Assembly (NCBI GenBank): GCA_964016885.1
Contig: OZ024747.1
Span: 8,246,001-8,310,000, forward strand
Length of the DNA stretch: 64,000 nt
Reading direction: 5' to 3'
From: Eledone cirrhosa
Lineage: Eukaryota
Below, in pieces: positions 12,325 to 24,446 of the stretch. The notes below the pieces were generated by a model that was not told the origin of the DNA, did not search any database, and worked only from the letters and a program-made list of their open reading frames with translations. The translations under genes and the position numbers were made by a program. Every line of letters starts with the position of its first letter. Position 1 is the stretch's first letter.

Positions 12325-12600
12325 ATCCAGGCCGAAACAAATGAGATCGTGTAGGTGTCACGAGAAAAAAACACACAGTCCACGCTGTAAATGTGGCCGT
12401 GTAGGCAACACGGTAAAAACCTCCCAGCCCCACACTGTAAATGTGGTTGGTGTTAGGAAGGGCATCCAACTGTAGAAAACCCGCCAGACAGTCCTATGCG
12501 AGCAAGACAACCACTCTTGCCTCAAGTGGGAAAACCCCCGTCCAAACCCATGCAAGCGTGGAACACGGACGCTAAACCTGATGATGATGATGATGATGAT
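12325..12600 (+). mobile_element. RTE family B 3' UTR fragment
   Basis: Matches the 3' UTR of 29791 and 56746 copies, with a (GAT)n tail. Confidence 0.85.
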
Positions 12601-13008
12601 CCATGGATTGGTAGAATCATTAGAGTGTCAGACAAAATACTTTGCAATTTTTGTCCTGGCTCTTTATGCTCTGACTTCAAATCCTGTTGAGGTCAACTTT
12701 GACTTCCTTCATTCTAGGATCAATAAAAAAAAAACCTACACGTATTTAGATTGATTTACTTGACATTGCCGTCCCTTTTAATTTGCTGGCCTTGTACCTA
12801 AATTACAAATCATAATTATTGTTGACCATAGAAATATGTATAGTGCTTTTGCAACATTAAAAGAGCATTTGGAATCTGGCCTTCTATATATATATATCAC
12901 CTTGATCACCTTGACCGACCAGTCTGTCGGGCGCCATTCGGCACCGCTGGTCACAGCACATGCTGTTTTAGCCTTACGATGACCCCTTCCCACTGGCTGG
13001 GCGGGCAG

Positions 13009-13045
<37 letters not shown>

Positions 13046-13080
13046 CCAGATTCCAAATGTTCTTTTAAATATATATATAT

Positions 13081-13239
13081 CGTCCCACCCTTGCAAGCAG
13101 GAAAAAGCAGACGTAAAATGATGATGCAATGTGAAATAAAGTGTCTTGCTCAAGGAAACAACACATCACCTGGCCTGAGAATTGAACTCACAACCTTTCA
13201 ATTGCAAGCCCAATGCTCTAACCACTAAGCCATGCGCCT

Positions 13240-13278
<39 letters not shown>

Positions 13279-13485
13279 CTATATATAGAAGGCACATGGC
13301 TTCGTGGTTAGAGCATTGGCCTTACAATCGAAAGGTTGTGAGTTCAATTCTCAGACCGGATGATGTGTTGTTTCCTTGAGCAAGACACTTTATTTCACAT
13401 TGCTCCAGTTTACTCAGCTGTAGAAATGAGATGATAGGGACTGGGGTCCATATCATCCCACTGCAAAGTGGTCGTGGAGGTGCCA
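13081..13485. mobile_element. Cluster of CORE-type SINE pieces (tail +, head -, head +)
   Basis: Identity to 1694-2027. Confidence 0.8.
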
Positions 13486-13734
13486 GCTAGAATTTCCACC
13501 TTCCCAGCCAACCATTCATCTTTCAGCCCTCATCAAAAAACACCATCACTCGCAATATTTCCCTTATCATTACCAACACCGAAAACTTTATCATCATAAT
13601 CATCATCATTATCACCATCACCACCATTATCACCAACACCAACACCACCACCACCAACACCGCCACCAACATCAACATCATCAGTATAAATTTGCAGCTG
13701 TTGTTTTTAATGATATTATCATTGTTGAAATAGT

Positions 13735-14635
13735 AATATTGTTGTTGTTGTTATTGTTGCTGTTGTTATTGTTATTATTGTTGTTACTGCTGCTGCTCTT
13801 ATTGTTATTATTGTTGTTGCTGCTGTTGTTGTTATTGTTGCTGTTGTTATTGGTATTATTGTTGTTGCTGTTGTTGTTGCTATTGTTGTTGTTGTTATTA
13901 TTATTGTTGTTGTTGCTGCTGCTGTTATTGTTGTTGTTGCTATTGTTGTTACAATTATATCAACTATTCCTATGTGATATGTACATGTTGGAGCAGGCAT
14001 TATAAAGTGGGCATGTGCAAATGTGGTGTGGTGTAGTGTGGTGTGGTGTAGTGTGGTATGGTGTGGTGTGGTGTGGTATGATGTAGTGTGGTGTGATGTA
14101 GTGTGGTGTGGTGCGGTCTGGTGTGGTGTAGTGTGGTGTGGTGCGGTCTGGTGTGGTGTGGTGTGGTATGATGTAGTGTGGTGTAGTGTGGTGTAGTGTG
14201 GTGTGGTGTGGCGTGGTATGATATAGTGTGGTGCAGTGTGGTGTGGTGTAGTGTAGTGTGGTGTGGTGTAGTGTGGTATGGTGTGGTGTGGTGTGGTATG
14301 ATGTAGTGTAGTGTGGTGTAGTGTGGTGTGGTGCGGTCTGGTGTGGTGTGGTATGATGTAGTGTGGTGTAGTGTGGTGTAGTGTGGTGTGGTGTGGTGTG
14401 GTGTGGTATGGTGTGGCATGGTATGATATAGTGTGGTGCAGTGTGGTGTGGTGTAGTGTAGTGTGGTGTGGTGTGGTATGATGTAGTATGGTGTGGTGTG
14501 GATTGGTATGGTGAACATAGCATGGTGCAGTATGGTATAACATGGTATGGTGTGACATGGCATGGCAGGGTGTGGTGTAGAGTGCAGGGCATGGTACAGG
14601 GTGTGGTGTAGGGTGTGGTGCAGGGTGTGGTGCAG
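13735..14635. repeat. (GTT)-type triplet tract followed by a (GTGTG/GTGTA) pentamer tract
   Basis: Simple repeats that explain the low-complexity ORFs. Confidence 0.95.
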
Positions 14636-15049
14636 CTAAGTCTTTATACCAGCCACTTTGCAGTTCAGGCACTTATCTGATTATTATGCATTATCTTTAC
14701 TTTCTACATTGCATTTTTGCAACACTGCACATATATTTATTTAGGTAATGTGTTTTCTTTTTTTCTGGGGGCTGGGGTGGGGTGTAGGGATAGAGGGGGG
14801 CGAATTATTGCCTTTTGTACTAGAAAATGTTGATAACATGCCATATTATATCAGCTGTTGACCTCCCTATACACACAATGCATGCACGCACACAAACATC
14901 TGGTTTGGAATAGGTACACCATATCCCTGTGTGTTGTAAGAAGTGACTAAAAGTGTTAGTGCAAGGAAGGGCATGTGGCTAGAAAACATTGCTTCTTAAA
15001 GTACAACCCATGCCAACATGGAAGAGTCAATGTAAAAACGATAATAATA

Positions 15050-15390
15050 ATAATAATTGTTTCTACTTTTGGCACAAGGCCAGCAATTACCCAGTACGTT
15101 ACTGGTACTTTAGTTTATCGACCCCGTAAGGATGAAAGGCAAAGTTAACCTTTTATAATAATAATAATAATAATAATGGTTTCTTTATTTATTTATAATA
15201 ATAATAATAATAATTGCTTCTACTTTAGGCACAAGGCCAGCAATTACCCAGTACATTACTGGTACTTTATTTTATCGACCCCGTAAGGATGAAAGGCAAA
15301 GTCAACCTCAGCGGGATTTGAACTCAGATCGTAAAGGGACGTAACTATGCTGGAAAGCAGGGCGTCCAACCCTCTACAATAATAATAATA
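15050..15390 (-). mobile_element. Second tRNA-SINE family (Meta/Sauria-like central domain), two pieces
   Basis: Minus: gagttcaaatccc...actttgcctttcatccttacggggtcgataaa...gtaccagt, with (ATT)n tail. Confidence 0.75.
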
Positions 15391-15455
15391 ATATATATAA
15401 TATATATATAATATATAATATATATAATTATGTAATAAACATCATAAGACAATTA

Positions 15456-15527
15456 TTCAATTTACCAAAGGTTTCACGAAGACAGACGAGCTCAACAGAG
15501 ACGTCTGAAATCGCTCATCAGAATGAA
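15456..15527 (-). ncRNA. Type I hammerhead ribozyme
   Basis: Minus: UUCAUU CUGAUGA GCGA...AGACG...CGUCU...UCGU GAAA CC UUU GG UA^ AAUUGAA, with a GUA cleavage triplet. Confidence 0.8.
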
Positions 15528-15565
15528 AATTTAATCTTGAAAATTTACCCTTCCTACGGAAATAC

Positions 15566-15619
<54 letters not shown>

Positions 15620-15621
<2 letters not shown>

Positions 15622-15932
15622 GGAAAAGAGTCAGGACCCCGATGGCAGAGCTCCGGCCATTTCAACAGCTAGATCTGAACAGTTCAGATCTAGCTGTCGA
15701 AACGGCCAGAGCTCTGCTGTTGGGGTCCTGACTCTTTTCCTATTACCCACTCTACTACCCTAAGTATTGAGTACTCTGGTGCTTTATGGTCCATCTGGTT
15801 CCTTACCAGTAGAGTGGGTATAGGAACAAGTATGACCCCGACAGCAGAGCTCAAGCCGTTTTGACGGCTATTTCTGGACTGAATTAGCCGTCGAAACGGC
15901 TTGAGCTCTGCCATCAGAGTCATATTTGTTCC
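15620..15932. mobile_element. P1 fold-back element with two hairpins
   Basis: Inverted arms centred near 15680 and 15876. Confidence 0.65.
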
Positions 15933-16046
15933 TATATATATATATATATAAATGAAGTAATTCCGTCGGAAAAGTCCAGGAAAAAAGAGTGTTCTATGTA
16001 GGTAACAGAGCTTAATAGTCATGTAATAAACAACATAAGGCAATTA

Positions 16047-16107
16047 TTTCATTTACCAGTGGTTTCTTAAAAGCAAAATAATTTTGCTTTCAATCATCAG
16101 AATGAAA
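16047..16107 (-). ncRNA. Type I hammerhead ribozyme
   Basis: Minus: UUUCAUU CUGAUGA UUGAAAGCAAAA UUA UUUUGCUUUUAA GAAA CC ACU GG UA^ AAUGAAA. Perfect 7-bp stem I and 12-bp stem II. Confidence 0.88.
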
Positions 16108-16462
16108 AAATCCTGGTGTATTTATTGGCGTTGGATTTTAAAAACCTATATATATGTATAATCATCACCATATATATTATTTTATATAGAAATGACTTCT
16201 GCAGGACTATACTCTACCTATGTATTGGGTACCTTTTCCAACTGTGGTTGCCTCCCAACAGCTTGAGAATCTACATATTATATATATATTAGAGTATGGG
16301 GTTAACCAAACAGATGTGTGTGAACCACACCATGGTCTGTCGGTTGTGAAGTAGATAAAAAGAAGCACTCAACGACCTGTATAAATAGTGCAAATCAGAG
16401 TATTATATATTGATAAAAGATCAGAGGCCATATTCACTTGATTCAGGTTTATTTAAAACTCT

Positions 16463-17109
16463 GTTATACATATTTCACTGAGGACTGTCAGTTGTGACAG
16501 CCTGAGCTCTTCAGACGTTATACATATTTCACTGAGGACTGTCAGTTATGACAGCCTGAGCTCTTCAGACGTTATACATATTTCACTGAGGACTGTCAGT
16601 TATGACAGCCTGAGCTCTTCAGACGTTATACATATTTCACTGAGGACTGTCAGTTATGACAGCCTGAGCTCTTCAGACGTTATACATATTTCACTGAGGA
16701 CTATCAGTTATGACAGCCTGAGCTCTTCAGACGTTATACATATTTCACTGAGGACTATCAGTTATGACAGCCTGAGCTCTTCAGACGTTATACATATTTC
16801 ACTGAGGACTGTCAGTTATGACAGCCTGAGCTCTTCAGACGTTATACATATTTCACTGAGGACTGTCAGTTATGACAGCCTGAGCTCTTCAGACGTTATA
16901 CATATTTCACTGAGGACTGTCAGTTATGACAGCCTGAGCTCTTCAGACGTTATACATATTTCACTGAGGACTGTCAGTTATGACAGCCTGAGCTCTTCAG
17001 ACGTTATACATATTTCACTGAGGACTGTCAGTTATGACAGCCTGAGCTCTTCAGACGTTATACATATTTCACTGAGGACTGTCAGTTATGACAGCCTGAG
17101 CTCTTCAGA
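16463..17109 (-). ncRNA. Tandem array of 12 x 54-bp hammerhead ribozyme units
   Basis: Minus unit: GU CUGAAGA GCUCAGGCUGUCA UAAC UGACAGUCCUCAGU GAAA UAUGUA UA^ AC. Period 54, 12 copies. Confidence 0.8.
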
Positions 17110-17187
17110 TGGCAAAATCTAAAATAAACATTGAAAGTTCCTAAGAAACCTTTAAAATTGGAAAAGTCTAATAATTCCCCCGAAAAA

Positions 17188-17303
17188 GTTCTTTTCATGA
17201 TACAGGGGACCGGCCGAGTGCATGGTGTTGTTTCTTTGATGGCCAGCTGACCATCAAAGAAACAACAACACGCATTCGACCGGCCACATGAATCATGAAA
17301 AGA
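17188..17303. repeat. Imperfect ~55-bp inverted repeat (hairpin)
   Basis: cttttcatgat...tttctttgatgg / ccatcaaagaaa...atcatgaaaag, centred on cagctg. Confidence 0.8.
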
Positions 17304-17329
17304 AAATCTTTTCTGTTGTGAGATTTAGT

Positions 17330-17455
17330 TTTTTAAGGTCAGTCTTCCTAACCTCATCCCATGTCTTCCTAGGTCTGCCTCTTCCATGGGTCCCAGCAAC
17401 TGGGGTTTCTCTGCATTTCTTTATGCAGCTATTATCTTCCATGAACATTACATGC
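17330..17455 (-). mobile_element. RTE C-terminal fragment
   Basis: Translates HVMFMEDNSCIKKCRETPVAGTHGRGRPRKTWDEVRKTD. Confidence 0.8.
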
Positions 17456-17669
17456 TAAGTGGTCAAATTACTGCACATGATTTCCAAGTAAATCATGCAA
17501 CCAATAAGACATATAAAAATTAGCAGTGTCTTGGTCATTTGTAAATTCATACCCATGTGATGTGGGAAGAGTGTTTTTTCCCACAGCAATATCACATCAC
17601 AACAACAAGCAACTATAACTATTGGTTCCGTCGAACATGGTGAGACTCCACAGCAATAATTCTCTCAAT

Positions 17670-17945
17670 TCACTGAGATACACTTCACTCACTCACCATA
17701 TACTCTACCAGCAAACCACTCACACTCGTTGAGATACACTTCACTCACTCACCATGGACTCGACGAACAAACCACTCACACTCGTTGAGATACACTTCAC
17801 TCACTCGCCATGGCTTGACCAACAAACCACTCACACTCACTGAGATACACTTCACTCACTCACCATGGACTTGACCAACAAATCTCTCACACTCACTGAG
17901 ATACACTTCACTCACTCGCCATAGACTCGACCAACAAACCATTCA
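17670..17945. repeat. ~56-bp minisatellite, 5 copies
   Basis: gagatacacttcactcactc recurs at about 17675, 17731, 17787, 17842 and 17898. Confidence 0.9.
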
Positions 17946-18064
17946 TTCAACCACTTCAACTCGCAATACCCACTGCGCTACTGTAAATGAACTAAACAGA
18001 CTAACAAACTCCAATATATCCCCACTAAAAAATATTACATGCTTGAAATATATACATATATATA

Positions 18065-18462
18065 TATAGGCACCTCTTAACCAAATATACACCCCAATCC
18101 ACTACCCCTACCCTATCTTTCCACTCCCACCAACACCACCCTCTCTTTTTAAAGTTGGTACCACAACATCCAGTCCAAATAAATGAGATAATGAGATCGA
18201 GATTGTGTAGGTATCACAACAAAAAACACACAGTCCACGCTGTAATGTGGCCGTGTAGGTAACACGGTAAAAAGTTCCCAGTTCCACACTGTAAATGTGG
18301 TTGGTGTTAGGAAGGGCATCCAGCCGTAGAAACCTGCCAGATACAGTCCTATATGAGTGAGACATGGTCACCCGACCAACCTTGCCTCAAGTGGGACAAC
18401 TCCCGTATAACCCATGCTAGCATGGAAGATGGACGTTAAACGAAGATGATGGTGCTGATGAT
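18065..18462 (+). mobile_element. RTE 3' UTR fragment
   Basis: gttggtgttaggaagggcatcc motif and acccatgctagcatggaagatggacgttaaacg tail. Confidence 0.8.
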
Positions 18463-19324
18463 ATAGACATACATATACACACACACACATATATATCTGT
18501 GAAGGCGTGTGGCTGGGTGGTTAGAGAACTGGATTCGCAATCGTGAGGTTGTCAGTTCGATTCCCGAACTTGGCGATGCGTTATGTCCTTGAGCAAGACA
18601 CTTTATTTCACATTGCTCCTTCTACCTGGAGTTGCGATCGATATATAGTACTAGCAATTGGAAAGACCAACGGAAACATTGTTTCCCCGGTCCGATTTGA
18701 CGAAAGTCGATCGATAAATTTTTAATATATCAGTATATACACTCATACACATATACACAAATACATACTACATATATATATATATATATGTCTGTGTGTA
18801 TACGTGTAGGGAGCTTATTAGAGAAATAGTAATGGAGATAGAGGGAAAGAGATCAGAAAGTTAAAATGTAAAGTGTTAAAAAATCAAAAATAAATTAAAG
18901 AAATCGATAGAAACGAAAATAAACAATGTATCAGATATTTTTTTAGAGGGGGAGAGAACTGAAAGATCAAAGAATACGAAATGATGTGGGTGAGTAATGT
19001 GTAAAAAAGGAAGTGTATAATATGTGTATATAAATATATAACCTAATGGGTATATATATATACGCACACAAAAATAGTCAATATAAATCTTTATATATAA
19101 ATAATTCAAATATTTGTGTAAGATACAATATATACATGTATGAATTATACATATTGCATTCTCTAATATTTATTTCATACTATAACTCACAGCAATAGGT
19201 ATGAGGCCATGCTGGAGTACAGACTTCATGGGATTTTTCAGAAAGATTATATCACACACACACACACCTATATATATATATGGAGTACATGTACATAGGG
19301 TACTTACATACATATACATATGTA

Positions 19325-19363
<39 letters not shown>

Positions 19364-19374
19364 ATATATATATA

Positions 19375-19481
<107 letters not shown>

Positions 19482-19482
19482 G

Positions 19483-19520
<38 letters not shown>

Positions 19521-19554
19521 TGCGTATATATATATATATATGTATATATATGCG

Positions 19555-19629
<75 letters not shown>

Positions 19630-19638
19630 ATATATATA

Positions 19639-19671
<33 letters not shown>

Positions 19672-19710
19672 GTGTATATATATATATATGTGTATATATA
19701 TATATATGTG

Positions 19711-19793
<83 letters not shown>

Positions 19794-19808
19794 GTGTATA
19801 TATATATA

Positions 19809-19843
<35 letters not shown>

Positions 19844-19898
19844 CTGTGTGTATATATATATATATATATATATCTGTGTGTATATATATATATATATA

Positions 19899-19973
<75 letters not shown>

Positions 19974-19999
19974 GTATATATATATATGTATATGTATAT

Positions 20000-20031
<32 letters not shown>

Positions 20032-20032
20032 C

Positions 20033-20224
<192 letters not shown>

Positions 20225-20267
20225 TACATATACATATCTATGTGTGCATATATATATATATATATAT

Positions 20268-20605
20268 GGAAGCACATGGCTTAGTGATCAGAGCATTGGC
20301 CTTGCAATCGAAAGGTTGTGAGTTCAATTCTCAGACCAGGTGATGTGTTGTTTCCTTGAGCAAAACACTTTATTTCACATTGCTCCAGTTTACTCAGCTG
20401 TAGAAATGAGATGATAGGGACTGGGGTCCCTATCATTCCACTGCAAAGTGGTCGTGTAGGTGCCACGGCAAAAAAAGCACCCAGCACTCACTGTAAATGG
20501 GGTTGGTGTTAGGAAGGGCATCCAGCTGTAGAAATCAAGCCAGAACCAGTTCCCGTCCCACCCTTGCAAGCAGGGAAAAGTGGACGTAAAATGAAATGAT
20601 GATGA
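20268..20605 (+). mobile_element. Full-length CORE-type SINE
   Basis: A/B boxes, CORE segment and RTE tail, with (TA)n flanks. Confidence 0.9.
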
Positions 20606-21049
20606 TATATATATACGTTATATATAGATATACATATATATATATAGATATACATATATATATCTTATACACTCATACACACTATCTATACACATACTCA
20701 AATATATATATATATATATGTATATATACGTAATAACCATTGATTAGTCTGCTCATCAATACTCCCCCCCTCTCTAATACGGCTGTAAAACAATGGATTA
20801 ATTGTTACCTCACTTTCCTTTTATTATTATTTCATTGTTTAATGTTATATATATGTTTAATGTTATATATATGTATGTATACATACATGCATGTATGTAC
20901 ATATACGTGTATGCAAGCATGTACGTATGCAAAACGGTATATATGTATGTATATATGTATGTATATATGTATGTATGTGTGTATCTATATATGCATGCAT
21001 GCATATATGTGCTTATGCATGTATGTATGCATGTATGTAAGCAAGTATG

Positions 21050-21115
<66 letters not shown>

Positions 21116-21606
21116 AGTATATACAGATACATACATGCATATAAATAAACACACACACACACACACACATATATATACATATATATACACACAGATATAT
21201 ATAATATATAGGGAGCTAGTTTGAAAAATAATCATAGACAGAGGGGAAAGAAATGATAAAAGTTAAAATGGAAAGAATTTAAAAAAATCAAAAATTATTA
21301 AATAAATCGAAAGAAATCAAAATAACAATGTATCAGTATTTTTTTGGGGGAGAGAGAACTGAAAGATCAAAGAATATGGAATGATGTGGGTGAGTAATGT
21401 GTATATATAAATATATGTATATATAAATATATAACATAATCTGTATATATATATATACATATATATATATAACCTAATCTGTATATATGTATGTATAATC
21501 TGTATGTATGTATGTCTATTTGTATTTATATATATATATAATGAAATATTGAAGAATAACATGGTCGGCTGTACAACAAGGGGTTTTATTTCTAGTATAT
21601 ACACAG

Positions 21607-21703
<97 letters not shown>

Positions 21704-21909
21704 CAAATAGGCAATATAAACCTTTATATATAAATAATTCAAATATTATTGTATGAATTATACATATTGTATTTCCTAATATTTTTTCTTCTTACTATAA
21801 CTTACAATTGGTTTCAGTGATAGGTATGTGTCCATGCTGGAGCACTGACTTCAAGGTTTTTTTTTTAGATCTATTATATCAACCTCTAGTACTAATTCCA
21901 GTGTGAGCT

Positions 21910-22215
21910 GGTACTCAGTCAGTTACGACGACGAGTGTTCCAGTTGATCAGCCTGCTCGTGAAATTAATATGCAAGTGGCTGAGCATTCTACAGACACGT
22001 GTACTCTTACAGTAGTTCTCAGGGAGATTTAGCATGGTACCGGTGTGACAAGGCTAGCTCTTTCAATTACATGTACAACACTATTTTTGCCAGCTGAGTG
22101 GACTAGAGCAACAAAATAAAGTATCTTGCTCAAGGACAAAATGCGCCGCTGGGAATGGAACTCATGACCTTATGATTGTAACCTGAATACTCTACCCACT
22201 AAGCCACACATCTTC
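21910..22215 (-). mobile_element. CORE-type SINE with a different tail
   Basis: aaataaagtatcttgctcaagg plus a tRNA-like head. The tail resembles 11195-11310. Confidence 0.7.
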
Positions 22216-22484
22216 ACAATTCCAGTATAGTAGAAAAAGAAATAGCCTACAACTTCATCTAGAATTGTAAGACTGCTCTTCTAACACATAACATGTCTTG
22301 GGGCATTTCAAACCTGATGGAAAGCCCTTTTACTGATGATTTCTTTTGAATGAAACAGTTCTAGTCCTGTAGAAGCCATTTTTATATTAAACTTGATGCT
22401 TACACTCTACTAATGCATTGAGTGCCTTACTAACAGTGGTTACCCCCGATTGAATCTGGGACTCATATATATATATATATATAC

Positions 22485-22568
<84 letters not shown>

Positions 22569-22729
22569 GTTGAATTTCTATCTTCCATGATAGCATGGGT
22601 TAGATGGGAATTGTCCCACTTGAGGCAAGATTGATCAGGTGACCGTGTTTTGCTCATATAAACTGTATCTGACAGGTTTTCTACAGCTGGGTGCCCTTCC
22701 TAACACCATATATATATGGATGTATATAT

Positions 22730-23325
22730 AATAATAATAATAAAATTATTGTGTAAAGTGCTCAGGTGCACTACAACTCGTCAAATGTGTATGTATAGTA
22801 CATAGAATAATACACAAATGTCAGGGAAGTACATGTGTGTATGTGTTAGGTGTAGTGTTGGCGGATCTCGGGAAGCATGGAGGCCTTAAAGGATGCAGTG
22901 TCTCGACAGCTAACAACTGATGCAGGTAGTTTGTTCCATGCTTCAGCAACTCTGAGTGTGAAAAAATGTTTCCGAAAGTCATGGGAACTGTGCTGTTTTC
23001 TGACTTTGTGGGCATGTCCACGTGTGTTAGACACATGGAAATCGAAAAGGTACTCAGGGTTGTTGTTGGCAACATGGTTAACAATTTTGTGGGTGTTTAC
23101 CAAGTCAGTTGCCAGGCGTCGGAGCTTCAATGTATCCATGCCCAGGGAAGCAAGGCGCTCAGAGTATGGTAGATGCCTGATGGAGGGTATTCGCTTGGTT
23201 GCACGTCTCTGAACAGTTTCCAGGCGGTCAATGTTCTGAGCAAGATAGAATTTGCATCCCCAGTCTGGAACCCCTAAGTGTGGCTGCACCATAGCCAGCC
23301 TTAAATAGATATCTGGAGAGCGGCT
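22730..23325 (-). mobile_element. CR1-clade LINE 3' fragment
   Basis: LETVQRRATK...YSERL...LRR...TRGH...FFTLRV...WNKLP, with an (ATT)n tail. Confidence 0.9.
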
Positions 23326-23549
23326 ATATATGTATATGTATGTTTATTTATGTATATTTATGTATGGTTGGCTTGATTAGTCACCAACAAATTCATAAGG
23401 CCAGATAAAATGTTGACCACAGTCAGCTTCACAACAATAATAGAGAAACACGCGGTTCATCTGGGGGAGGTTTGCAAATCTATTGATGGATTAAAAGTCA
23501 CAGTGTTATACATCAGAATACACACATAATCTGCCTCTCCCTCTCTCTG

Positions 23550-23582
<33 letters not shown>

Positions 23583-23688
23583 AAGCAGTAGTAGTAGGTG
23601 TGATATGCTCACAGCTTATTAACAATATCTCAAAGCAAGGCTAAAAGGATGTTTAGTATACATAAACATATCCTATATACTTCCATAT

Positions 23689-23725
<37 letters not shown>

Positions 23726-23797
23726 GTGTGTGTGTGTATGTGTGCATATATACATATATGTGCATGTGTGTATATACATATATATACATATATGTGC

Positions 23798-23844
<47 letters not shown>

Positions 23845-23916
23845 GTGTGTGTGTGTATGTGTGCATATATACATATATGTGCATGTGTGTATATACATAT
23901 ATATACATATATGTGC

Positions 23917-23965
<49 letters not shown>

Positions 23966-24446
23966 GATAGAGATAGATAGAGAGAGGGAGACACACACAA
24001 CACCATTGACAGAGAACACTCATTTCTGGTATGAATGAAAGCATTTTAGAACATTTTGTACGTTCCCTCTCCCCCCTTTTTCTCATGCATTTGTGTTCCA
24101 TGAATTATACATAAAAGTTTAGAATGTTTTTGACAGATCACAGTGTACGTGTGACAGATGGACAAAAAGGCTATTTAGTTATTATAACATACTCTATTTT
24201 CTCGTGCATAATACAAGAGATTTTGAACTAAAGTTGAGGGTGAAAATGCAGGGTTTTATTATATGCAAGTACACGTTTTTAGAAATGTTTTACTAAGCTT
24301 GAAAATAATAACTTCTACATAAAATGCTAAAACGTGATTGTTTTACATTCTTTAACCTTATGAGAAGCTGAATATTTTAGTGAAATATCCCTGTGAAATT
24401 GAGATTTTGATGGATCACATGGTAGAAGTTTATGAAAATAAAAACT

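Noticed and set aside
16478-16500. Plus-strand CUGAGGA followed by a hairpin in the array unit
   Set aside because: No GAAA follows the stem. Only the minus strand has the full core.
20268-20345. tRNA gene
   Set aside because: The A/B boxes belong to SINE heads, which have no complete cloverleaf and are followed by the CORE domain.
22330-22368. CUGAUGA...GAAA match
   Set aside because: Stem II is only 3 bp, and stems I and III do not form convincingly.
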